Position numbers and translations under genes: made by a program. Below are positions 32,594 to 40,902 of a stretch of 64,000 nucleotides of DNA, piece by piece (position 1 is the stretch's first letter; each line of letters begins with the position of its first letter). The DNA comes from Promethearchaeota archaeon (GTDB lineage: Archaea; Asgardarchaeota; Lokiarchaeia; Sigyniarchaeales; SOKP01). The stretch covers positions 9,185 through 73,184 of the forward strand of contig JBHLOJ010000001.1 of NCBI GenBank assembly GCA_048940605.1, written 5' to 3'. Below the pieces are notes generated by a model, which saw only the letters and a program-made list of their open reading frames with translations, had not been told where the DNA came from and did no database searches.

Positions 32594-32619
32594 TTTTTGC
32601 ACACCTCTGTGTACAAAAA
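32594..32619. promoter_or_regulatory. Imperfect palindrome (11-nt arms, 4-nt spacer) in the divergent intergenic region; candidate operator
   Basis: TTTTTGCACAC-CTCT-GTGTACAAAAA, arms 10/11 complementary. It lies between the minus-strand 92-aa/giant operon and the plus-strand wHTH gene. Confidence 0.3.
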
Positions 32620-32736
32620 AGAACAAAGTAACTTACTCATTTTTCAATTTTTTCTTTAAATAGGTTGAGTTTATTAGGATCTAAATTAGCTAAATTGTAA
32701 GCAAAGAAAAAAACTAATAAAAAGAGGTAGATGTAA

Positions 32737-33051
32737 ATGACTATTATCTCACAAGATGTTAATGTTTCCCTAGTTTTGAGTAGGCTTTTCAAAAGAAATT
32801 ATGCTATTATGGTAATTATATACTATCGAGAACTAAATAATAAAAAATCAACAGTTATTCACTTATCTAAGGAATCTGGGTTAAGAACCCAAAATACTTA
32901 CCAAGTATTACGTCGATTAAGAAAGATGGGTTTGGTTTGTAGAGGTGCAAAAGTATCTGTAGAAGGGGAAATGCGTTCAAATTATATCTTAACAGAAAAA
33001 GGGAAGGAGGAGTTAGAAGTTTTATTATTGATCTTAAACGGGGAGCTTTAA
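32737..33051 (+). CDS. Winged helix-turn-helix transcriptional regulator (MarR/ArsR/PadR-like)
   Basis: STVIHLSKESGLRTQNTYQVLRRLRKMGLVCRG...SNYILTEKGKEELE fits helix-turn-helix followed by a beta-wing and a C-terminal helix. GAGGT lies 8 nt upstream of the ATG. Confidence 0.6.
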   Translation: MTIISQDVNVSLVLSRLFKRNYAIMVIIYYRELNNKKSTVIHLSKESGLRTQNTYQVLRRLRKMGLVCRGAKVSVEGEMRSNYILTEKGKEELEVLLLILNGEL

Positions 33052-33135
33052 ATGATCAAGATTTGGGAAACTTTTTGTGGTAAAAACCAATTGGGTTTTG
33101 GTAAATTCTACAACAATGTTGATTGCGTAAAAATG

Positions 33136-33143
33136 TTTATATA
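33136..33143 (+). promoter_or_regulatory. TATA-box-like element upstream of ATG 33178
   Basis: TTTATATA lies ~35 nt upstream of ATG 33178. That geometry fits an archaeal short-leader transcript. Confidence 0.3.
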
Positions 33144-33246
33144 TGGGTAAAATATAATTTCTCTTTAAGCAAATAAAATGAAAAAATTCAGGTGAATAAA
33201 AATAAATAAGAGGATAAGAAATTGCACGGTAGTTCTGATTATAGGG

Positions 33247-34968
33247 TTGTTAAGTGTTTTTTCTCCCGTTTTAATGGTTCAGGCCTCATTACAGATCTCA
33301 GCTCCAAAACCGAAGGTAAAATATTCATGGCAGGAGACCACCTTTAATTATCCAAATGTGCTAGTATGGGAAGATGAGTCATTCATACTGAATTATTCTG
33401 GAAGCTATTCAGATGTCTACAATACAGTCCATACTATCGAATATAACTTGGTGGAAGGATACAAGATTAAAAGGTACAGTACAGTTCAATTTGATGCAAA
33501 CTATACGAGTTTCGCAAACATGACGAATTCTGGAAATACGACAATAGATTTTAATTATAACGTATTCCGTGTTAATATAGATTACGGATCTGGAGTAAAA
33601 TTAATGTGGTTTGCTCTCAAAAAAGGTGTGGTTGAATATGAATGTTATCTTATCAAACAATTTGAGCATTATGAGTATTATGAGGAAAATCGTCGTTCTA
33701 CTGAGAGTACGTTCGAAAAAATAAACCTCACTACAGGACAAGTTATCGATACATGGACCGATTCAGACGTTTTATTCGATGAGATCAATACTACCTATAA
33801 CAATACCGAGGAAGAGTATCCCTTTATCTATAGACTTTACTGGTCTGCAGAATATGTCGCCCCTCTTTTCCTCACAATTCAGATGTATACTACAGAAAAG
33901 AACGATAGAGTCGCTTGGGCAAACTTGTTTCATAACTTTTTTATCTATAAAGATAATGATAATAATTCAATATACACTGTAGGAGATAAGCCGCAGATCA
34001 ATCAATATCCTCGATTATCTTCGAGTACAGAGTGGGCTGGTACAGTTGATCCCATGGCAATACATCAATATCAAGAAGTGGAATCAAGTATAATGACCAT
34101 TCAAGAATGGGCATATAGACCCTATGATAAAACTATTGATGAAGTGGCATCTACTATTATATTTTCTCCACCAACAGAGATTTCTGAAGCAGATGTGTCA
34201 TGGGGCATAGAATATCCTGACCTCCCACTCTCTATCAACGTTCCTGAAGAGAATTTTTATACCTCCTCCAATGCTACTTATGCAGAGTCTTGTCCGACCA
34301 ATTTATCCTATAATTTTGATTTCAACCTTACCAATACCCAAGCAGATTTTGATATCACCTGGGGTATTGGAAAGCTTACTAATGCTTCAGCCTATAATGC
34401 AGTTCAAGGATATGGACTATTGATCCCTCAGTATAATTTCTTCTTATCGTCATTTGATATAGATGAAGTCGATCAAGTGGCATTGAGTGTTCCACGTGAT
34501 AAATTTACGTTTGAATCAAATTCTGCCATTGTTGCTGAGATTAATATGGGAAAACCCGAAAAGAAAAATTATACCCTTTACGATTTCCCCAGTTCTGGAG
34601 TTGATTCAGAATTTACTTCTCGAGGGAGCAGTATCCATAAAAATGTTGTTGGTTATGCGGGAGTTAATTCATACTTTGATAACCCCTTGACGACACCTGT
34701 TTTCTCATTAGCTGATTATGTCGCTGCTGATACGTCATTTGAGGTAAGAGATGACCTTTTCAGTATGGAAACTCAAAATTATCCCGAATGGAGTGGGGAG
34801 AAATTGGTCCATGATCCTTCTCTGACAATCTTTTATGCTGAAATCTCAGATGGTGTATCGGATGAATCTATCCCAGGTTATCACATGGCTCTTATTATGG
34901 GAGTAATTAGTATATTGATGATTTTTATTATGTCGAATTACAGAAAACGGTCAAGATATCTCTTTTAA
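33247..34968 (+). CDS. Secreted, sequon-rich surface protein with C-terminal IPGY + TM + basic tail anchor (5' end uncertain; see in-frame TGA finding)
   Basis: 573-aa ORF with a TTG start in the track. It has many N-x-S/T sequons. The C-terminus is ESIPGYHMALIMGVISILMIFIMSNYRKRSRYLF. In-frame sequence upstream (33196-33246) encodes the missing n- and h-region of a signal peptide. Confidence 0.75.
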   Translation: MLSVFSPVLMVQASLQISAPKPKVKYSWQETTFNYPNVLVWEDESFILNYSGSYSDVYNTVHTIEYNLVEGYKIKRYSTVQFDANYTSFANMTNSGNTTIDFNYNVFRVNIDYGSGVKLMWFALKKGVVEYECYLIKQFEHYEYYEENRRSTESTFEKINLTTGQVIDTWTDSDVLFDEINTTYNNTEEEYPFIYRLYWSAEYVAPLFLTIQMYTTEKNDRVAWANLFHNFFIYKDNDNNSIYTVGDKPQINQYPRLSSSTEWAGTVDPMAIHQYQEVESSIMTIQEWAYRPYDKTIDEVASTIIFSPPTEISEADVSWGIEYPDLPLSINVPEENFYTSSNATYAESCPTNLSYNFDFNLTNTQADFDITWGIGKLTNASAYNAVQGYGLLIPQYNFFLSSFDIDEVDQVALSVPRDKFTFESNSAIVAEINMGKPEKKNYTLYDFPSSGVDSEFTSRGSSIHKNVVGYAGVNSYFDNPLTTPVFSLADYVAADTSFEVRDDLFSMETQNYPEWSGEKLVHDPSLTIFYAEISDGVSDESIPGYHMALIMGVISILMIFIMSNYRKRSRYLF

Positions 34969-35000
34969 ATATTTCTAAAAGATCTGGATAAATAGGTTGC

Positions 35001-35008
35001 TTTTTTTT
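35001..35008 (+). terminator. T8 tract downstream of the 33247..34968 stop
   Basis: ggttgcTTTTTTTTga lies 33 nt after the TAA. This is archaeal-type oligo-T termination (inference). Confidence 0.35.
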
Positions 35009-35086
35009 GATAAAAGCTTTTATAAAATCGAACTATTTTCATGGATCCTTAAAATTGTAAGAGCCCTCGGGAAAATATGTAAGCAT

Positions 35087-35257
35087 CTAATCCTTTTTAA
35101 ATAAGAAGATTCCCTTTTTCCCATTTTTTGTTTCAAAAAGCATATTTATTTCATCTCCATCTTTCCAATTTAGCGCTTGTGCTATGGATATGGGAATTAT
35201 GATCTCTCCTGAACCTTTACGTTCATATTTTCGGTATTTTGTGGTTTTTCCATTCAT
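35087..35257 (-). CDS. AbrB/MazE/SpoVT-family (swapped-hairpin) small DNA-binding protein, 56 aa
   Basis: Below the track's 60-aa cutoff. Translation: MNGKTTKYRKYERKGSGEIIIPISIAQALNWKDGDEINMLFETKNGKKGIFLFKKD*. The GEIIIPISIAQALNWKDGDEI...G.IFLFK stretch matches the AbrB-type signature (v.IPk.i...lgl..GD.v....g.i.l.k). Confidence 0.6.
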   Translation of the reverse strand: MNGKTTKYRKYERKGSGEIIIPISIAQALNWKDGDEINMLFETKNGKKGIFLFKKD

Positions 35258-35314
35258 AAAATTCAGCTTATACCTTTTATATTTTATTTTTATACTTACT
35301 AATATTATAATATT

Positions 35315-35390
35315 TGTAATAATATTTAAATATGATACTGACCATATTTCAATTGTAATAATATTTATAATAATATTTGTAATAACATTT
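35315..35390. promoter_or_regulatory. Three direct copies of TGTAATAA(T/C)ATTT upstream of the AbrB-like gene; candidate operator/promoter repeats
   Basis: TGTAATAATATTT occurs at 35315-35327 and 35354-35366, and TGTAATAACATTT at 35378-35390. All lie in the divergent region between the AbrB-like gene (start 35257) and the plus-strand genes starting at 35429. Confidence 0.35.
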
Positions 35391-35428
35391 GGTGGAAGAA
35401 TATTAACAAAGTCGAAACAAGTTTTTAT

Positions 35429-35614
35429 ATGGATGATTTCTATGATAGGGTAATAATTGGGTTTACAGATAACTCCGGTAATGAGGGAAGCCAGTATTTA
35501 TTGTTGTATAGGGCGATTCTCGAATTCTTAAAGCTAACAGAAGATTTTCCAGAAGCTTTTGTATCAGGTCTTTTGTATTTAGTAGGATTATTCAGTATTC
35601 TTAATGGGCATTAA
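35429..35614 (+). CDS. Hypothetical small protein (61 aa)
   Basis: ORF track entry with non-repetitive composition (MDDFYDRVIIGFTDNSGNEGSQYLLLYRAILEFLKLTEDFPEAF...). No motif recognised. Confidence 0.35.
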   Translation: MDDFYDRVIIGFTDNSGNEGSQYLLLYRAILEFLKLTEDFPEAFVSGLLYLVGLFSILNGH

Positions 35615-35651
35615 TATAATGAAGATTCTAAATTAGAGGGTTTTATTAACC

Positions 35652-35915
35652 ATGGTAAAGATAAATTTATGTGACAAAACCAGGAAGACATTACTCACAC
35701 TCAAGAAGTGCTATCCCCTTACTTCTACCACGATTGAAGATGTGATTGATGAGCTATGCCACATTGTACTGAGAAATTTAGAAATTCGCGAAGATCTTCT
35801 GAAGTTAAATAAATTACTCAATAATTGCTGTTATACCGAAAAGGAACTCACATCTCACGTATTATGTATTTTTAGCAAGCTCTATTTAAGACAAACTACT
35901 AAGGTAATAGATTAA
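35652..35915 (+). CDS. Hypothetical protein (87 aa)
   Basis: ORF track entry. GAGGG lies ~13 nt upstream of the ATG. The ORF is co-oriented with and 24 nt upstream of the NERD gene. Confidence 0.45.
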   Translation: MVKINLCDKTRKTLLTLKKCYPLTSTTIEDVIDELCHIVLRNLEIREDLLKLNKLLNNCCYTEKELTSHVLCIFSKLYLRQTTKVID

Positions 35916-35939
35916 AAATAATAATCTCAGGGTAAGAAA

Positions 35940-36425
35940 ATGTGTGCCAAAGCGTATCTTAAGAAAAATGGAAAAAGAGACACTATATTAGAAGAGCTCC
36001 ATAAATTACCCTCTCAGTTTATCATCCTAAAGAATAAGTTTTTACGCTTACCTTATAAGGTTACCCATCATAAGACCTCAGAATCGATTAAATCATGTCA
36101 TATTGATTATGTAGTAATTGGGCCCACCGGAATATTCATTATTGAAGCGAAAGACTGGGAAGATGAGTTATTTAGCTTAAAGATTCCTCATATAGAAACT
36201 GATAGAGCGGGACTCATTGTATATATCCTCCTTCATAAACATTTTACAAAGTATATCCCCATTTACAATATCGTAGCAACTCCACAACAGCTCCCTGTAA
36301 TTCGATATAATCGTGTTAGGCAGCTTACGGTATGGAGGCTCACTACATTTATCCATGGGCAAGAGGATCAACTATCAAAATCTGATATTCGCAAGATAAA
36401 AAAAGTATTTATGAAACGACTGTAG
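35940..36425 (+). CDS. NERD (nuclease-related domain) protein
   Basis: SCHIDYVVIGPTGIFIIEAKDWEDE matches the NERD core (D..vi...gifviE.K.w). Confidence 0.65.
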   Translation: MCAKAYLKKNGKRDTILEELHKLPSQFIILKNKFLRLPYKVTHHKTSESIKSCHIDYVVIGPTGIFIIEAKDWEDELFSLKIPHIETDRAGLIVYILLHKHFTKYIPIYNIVATPQQLPVIRYNRVRQLTVWRLTTFIHGQEDQLSKSDIRKIKKVFMKRL

Positions 36426-36578
36426 TATCTCGATAGGTTCAAACCCCATCATATGTACAAAAATAAGTTTTTATCCCCACAAAAATAAGTAAGATCATCT
36501 TGAAGACGAATACTATAAATAAAACCAAATAATATTACAATCTTAACAAAAGGTAAAGAATATACAATCCATCGTGGT

Positions 36579-39500
36579 ATGTTTTCAGACACCTTATACG
36601 AAAGACTAAAGAATTTATCCAAAGGGATAGGCATAAAGGAGATACCGCATATTTTTAGTTCCCTTATTTCTGAAGTAGGAGACTATCTTCACCTTAAGCC
36701 TTTATATAAAAATATTACCCTAACGGTAGGGCGGAAAGAACAACTACCTGCTATAAAAAATATTTTCAATATCGGGGTTACAAGAGAAATTACAGATGAT
36801 ATTTTGTTCATAAAAGTAAATGAGGATAGCCATAAGTATTTACCCTTCATTTTACTAAGAGAAATATACAATCTTTTTGTTCCTGAACAATTAGTAGACT
36901 ATGAATCTGTACAGATGGTAATTAATCAAATAATAATGACTGATCTCTCCAAACATAAGCTCGTAAATGAATGGAGAGCTCTCATTAGAGAAAATCTTGA
37001 ACAATCTGATTCAATATCATTTGGATTCGATAGATTAAGCGAGTTTGATCGGTTAGCTAGATTTTTTAAGCTTCAAGAGAAGAGAACATCACATACTCCA
37101 ACACAGTTCTTCTTTACATATCTCCAGGAAAATGTTTCCTTAATTCATGAGAAGATGGAATATTTTCATGATATATTTTTCAGCGAATACGAGGAATATT
37201 TCTTACACCAGATGGTTGATGATATGCTTATCGAAACCATAAGATGTATAGCTAAAATCTTTTACGAAGTAAAGGAATATAAGAATTTGTTAAGCTTTAA
37301 AAAAACTTTTCAAGAATTTAAAGACAGTGGTAAATTACAAACTAAATTAAGTCTTAAAAAGTTTTCTGAATATATGGATTGGATTAAAACTGAAACGTTT
37401 ATAGCACCTAATTACCAGTTAAATTATAAAACTATCAATATTTCAGTTATTACCTTTTTCTTCCGCTTTAATCCACGACTGACAAAACCACAGATTCAGA
37501 AATTTATAGATCTATTTCCATTTTTAGTTGCTCTAAAAGTTGCCTATAATGGATTTGCAGTTGATACTATAGGACAACTTGTTATCCCAAATGTCTATTT
37601 ACATGATCTTTTAAAATTTATTGAGAGATTGAAGAATAGTGGATATCTGATTAAACACCAGATCTTTTCAATTAAGTATTTGAATTTTTATATGAATTTA
37701 AACTACTTTCGTGAATATTCTCAAACGCAACGGATCATTAATCCAAATCATCGTGAATATAATGAACAATTTGAAATTGAATTCCATACAGATTATGGAA
37801 AGAAGAATACTACTACAGAACTCTCGATTCTCGATTTTTTAATTCTCGATCAAATACGGTTTTATAGCTCAACTGGGTTTGGATTTGAAAGAAGAGCAGA
37901 TACCCTACAGACTCTAAAGATTGAATTACTAAATACGATTACCACCCAAAGGGCTATCATTAAAACATTAAAGACCACCGTGAAGAGGTTATATTCTTCA
38001 AATGAATTAAAAAAAGATTTGATTCGGATAATAGAAAATAATCAAACATCTGGATTCTTCTATATTAAATCGTTTCTTGAAGATGTGCTACTGGTGGTAA
38101 AAAAAATAGAGAAAGTAAAAACTCAGCATCACACGATAAAAAACATTGATCAGTTGAGAAATTTCATAGAAACGTATTCTATTTCTCCTCTCATTGAAGT
38201 AAATACCCAATTGAAAAATACCGAATTAAAGAAAATAGTTTATGGACACCTTCTTCCCCTTTTGTTCCAGTCTCGGCAAAATTATGATGAGATGATAGAG
38301 AGATATACTCTGTTCTATGATCTATTTAATTCCTGTTATAATTTGAAACTATTTAACGTACAGCAACTATTAGAGATTCTTGAGGAAGAACCCTTGATTG
38401 AACAGATTTTTCAGGAGAAAGACAAGAAATTTAAAGAAATTTACATGAACTACAAACCCTACAAAATAACAAGTAAAGAAGTAGATGGTATTATACATGG
38501 ATTTTTATATACTATACCCCCAATTATACAACCAAAATTCATCGGAACCCTCCCCACCACAGTACATACGGAAGATTTTCTTGAATTGCTTTTAGTTGAT
38601 TCACCAGAAAGTAAGAATGTAATAACAACTCTAAAACAATATTTTCCAAATTTATCTATACTTCATTCTGAAAGCTATATCTCTAATACTAACTATATAT
38701 ATTTGGAAATCTATGTTCCCTATTTAACCGTTAGAGAAAAAGCCCTTTTACTCTCGATTTTATATAATTCATTTAAGGAAAACATTATTTACGGAAAGCC
38801 TTATTTCTGGAGTGGAAAATTCGAAGCATTAACCTCTAGAAACTTCTATGACTTTGATACAAGACAGTTCTTTTATACAGAAGATCTATTTGAGCAACTT
38901 TTTAGATTTACCCGAACAAATTTTGGTGGCAAATTGAAGTATGTTGAAGAGGAGAGTCATAAATCTAAAGCAATCTTGTGGTCAAAAGAAAAGAATATGG
39001 CAAATTTTGTAAGTACTGTCAATGCCCGTGTATTTCAAGAGAATACTGATTTTTCTATTACTCATCTTACTAAATTATTGAATTTTCATTTAAACCTCAA
39101 TACTATACTTCAAGATACAGACAAATTCAAGAAATATAAGCAAGAATATTTCTTTACTAATTTTATTAAATCAATAAAACTAATACCTACCTTCCAAGAC
39201 TTTGGATTTAGTCAATATTTCCTTTATGTTCATCCAACAGATATAAGCGAAGTTGATTTCAAAGTTCTTTTGCATAATACCTTTCTTAAGGTTAAACACC
39301 CTGTATGTATTGAAGACTCGATCTCGATGTTCATACAATATATCATACCCTATCGCGTTCCAAACACCATTCGCTATCTCCACTGGTTAGCAAAATCCAA
39401 AAAAATCATCCGAGAATATTGCGGGTTTTTTGTGAAAAAAGTTTACCAAATCCTCCATTTTGACTATAACCTTAGTCCTGAAGGGTGGAGGTATGACAAG

Positions 39501-40223
39501 GATCGATTTAAAATCTATGTGCAAAACATCCTTTTTAATCCTGATTATGACGTTCAAATTCCTAAGTTACGAGAGCTTGGCCTTACAAATGTATCAAGCT
39601 CATCAGTTTATGGTCCCGATTCTCAGGAATATAAAGCTCTAACCTCTATATATAATTGGAATTCGCTTGATGTAAAATCGTATTTAGGAACACGACAGTA
39701 TTCAATTATAAATTCCATTATCTCTCTATTAAAGAAGAATTTGATCTTTCCCTACCTCTCCTTAAAAAATTTAGATCTCCATCACAAGATATATATACTA
39801 TTACCAAACGTAGACCCAAAAAACAACAAAACTATAATCAAAATAGTGAGTTGGTTCAACTATGGATATATCTATGTAATCGAGGGTGAATATTTTATAC
39901 ATGGGTTTTCTGAAGAGAAATTATTTGAAAATGGACTCATGATCAAATTATACTTGCCGAGATGTGATATTCACGAACTTATAAAAATCTTTAAATTATT
40001 ATTCGAGTATTTAGAAATTAAGGATTATTGCATTCTAAATGATTTAATAGATGGCTCTCAATTAATAGAATCTATTTATGGTGGGTTAGACTTTTTGAAA
40101 GAGTATAATCCTCTAAAGAATCTCAAATGGAACTCTAAAGACAAGAAGTGGATGAATCAGAAACTTTTTACTCAACAATTTAAACCACTATATTACGATT
40201 TAGTATCTCAAGACAATGAATAG
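36579..40223 (+). CDS. Large (1214 aa) cytoplasmic protein of unknown function
   Basis: Uninterrupted ORF with no signal peptide or TM. I found no P-loop, HNH or PD-(D/E)xK motif. At least four internally similar alpha/beta modules are present (see findings). Confidence 0.85.
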   Translation: MFSDTLYERLKNLSKGIGIKEIPHIFSSLISEVGDYLHLKPLYKNITLTVGRKEQLPAIKNIFNIGVTREITDDILFIKVNEDSHKYLPFILLREIYNLFVPEQLVDYESVQMVINQIIMTDLSKHKLVNEWRALIRENLEQSDSISFGFDRLSEFDRLARFFKLQEKRTSHTPTQFFFTYLQENVSLIHEKMEYFHDIFFSEYEEYFLHQMVDDMLIETIRCIAKIFYEVKEYKNLLSFKKTFQEFKDSGKLQTKLSLKKFSEYMDWIKTETFIAPNYQLNYKTINISVITFFFRFNPRLTKPQIQKFIDLFPFLVALKVAYNGFAVDTIGQLVIPNVYLHDLLKFIERLKNSGYLIKHQIFSIKYLNFYMNLNYFREYSQTQRIINPNHREYNEQFEIEFHTDYGKKNTTTELSILDFLILDQIRFYSSTGFGFERRADTLQTLKIELLNTITTQRAIIKTLKTTVKRLYSSNELKKDLIRIIENNQTSGFFYIKSFLEDVLLVVKKIEKVKTQHHTIKNIDQLRNFIETYSISPLIEVNTQLKNTELKKIVYGHLLPLLFQSRQNYDEMIERYTLFYDLFNSCYNLKLFNVQQLLEILEEEPLIEQIFQEKDKKFKEIYMNYKPYKITSKEVDGIIHGFLYTIPPIIQPKFIGTLPTTVHTEDFLELLLVDSPESKNVITTLKQYFPNLSILHSESYISNTNYIYLEIYVPYLTVREKALLLSILYNSFKENIIYGKPYFWSGKFEALTSRNFYDFDTRQFFYTEDLFEQLFRFTRTNFGGKLKYVEEESHKSKAILWSKEKNMANFVSTVNARVFQENTDFSITHLTKLLNFHLNLNTILQDTDKFKKYKQEYFFTNFIKSIKLIPTFQDFGFSQYFLYVHPTDISEVDFKVLLHNTFLKVKHPVCIEDSISMFIQYIIPYRVPNTIRYLHWLAKSKKIIREYCGFFVKKVYQILHFDYNLSPEGWRYDKDRFKIYVQNILFNPDYDVQIPKLRELGLTNVSSSSVYGPDSQEYKALTSIYNWNSLDVKSYLGTRQYSIINSIISLLKKNLIFPYLSLKNLDLHHKIYILLPNVDPKNNKTIIKIVSWFNYGYIYVIEGEYFIHGFSEEKLFENGLMIKLYLPRCDIHELIKIFKLLFEYLEIKDYCILNDLIDGSQLIESIYGGLDFLKEYNPLKNLKWNSKDKKWMNQKLFTQQFKPLYYDLVSQDNE

Positions 40224-40426
40224 TAAGTTTTTTGTTTAAATATAAATAGGATATATGAATCAATAATCATGTTATCAGCCAAAGATAAAATAAAAGCTAA
40301 AAAAATGAATGATACTACCATCAAAATACTTTAGAGCGCGTATTGTAAAATTTCTGAGTTTGAAAGCACTTTCATGAAAAAGATTGGCGATCTCTTCGAG
40401 AAATTGGCAGAAATAAAAACAGAAAA

Positions 40427-40509
40427 TCCTTCATAAGCATTTTACGAAGTATATTCCCATTTACAACATCGTGGTAACTCCAAAGCAGCCCCCTGTGATC
40501 CTTATTATC
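40427..40509 (+). pseudogene. Remnant of a NERD-gene 3' portion (copy of 36229-36311)
   Basis: About 84% nt identity over ~83 nt to 36229-36311. The remnant encodes HFTKYIPIYNIVVTPKQPPVI versus HFTKYIPIYNIVATPQQLPVI in the intact gene. It has no intact upstream reading frame. Confidence 0.55.
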
Positions 40510-40631
40510 TCTTATTCGCTCTCTTTTTTTTAGCACAATTTTTCTTAACTTTATCTTTAAATATAAAGAATAATTACAGAGGGTAACAAAAATTTCAGTA
40601 ATCATGTATTACTCACAACAAGAGTATTTCT

Positions 40632-40823
40632 ATGAACAAAATAACCAAAGTAGGTCTCTTTATAATTTTTGTAGCATTAATATCACCTATTATCACCTTT
40701 ATGTTAAATCCTTCCAGTTCTTATGTGTGGATTATTTTATTCCCAATTGAACTTGTGATTGGAGTGATAGTACTAATAGTTGGTTTAATAATAGGGGCGT
40801 CGGGTAAGCCAGAAAAGTTATAG
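40632..40823 (+). CDS. Small membrane protein (63 aa, two predicted TM helices)
   Basis: VGLFIIFVALISPIITFML and VWIILFPIELVIGVIVLIVGLIIGA. Confidence 0.5.
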   Translation: MNKITKVGLFIIFVALISPIITFMLNPSSSYVWIILFPIELVIGVIVLIVGLIIGASGKPEKL

Positions 40824-40902
40824 GAGAAAAACAGAAGCTATTGATGTAGAAAAAATAATCACGTTCGTAAAAAAGGAACGAACAGGTTTAAATAGGGACT
40901 AA

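Noticed and set aside
35184-35453. Listed 89-aa plus-strand ORF with repetitive IIFVIIF-type sequence
   Set aside because: It overlaps the better-supported AbrB-like gene on the opposite strand by 74 nt. Its repeats merely translate the TGTAATAATATTT DNA repeats of a probable promoter/operator region.
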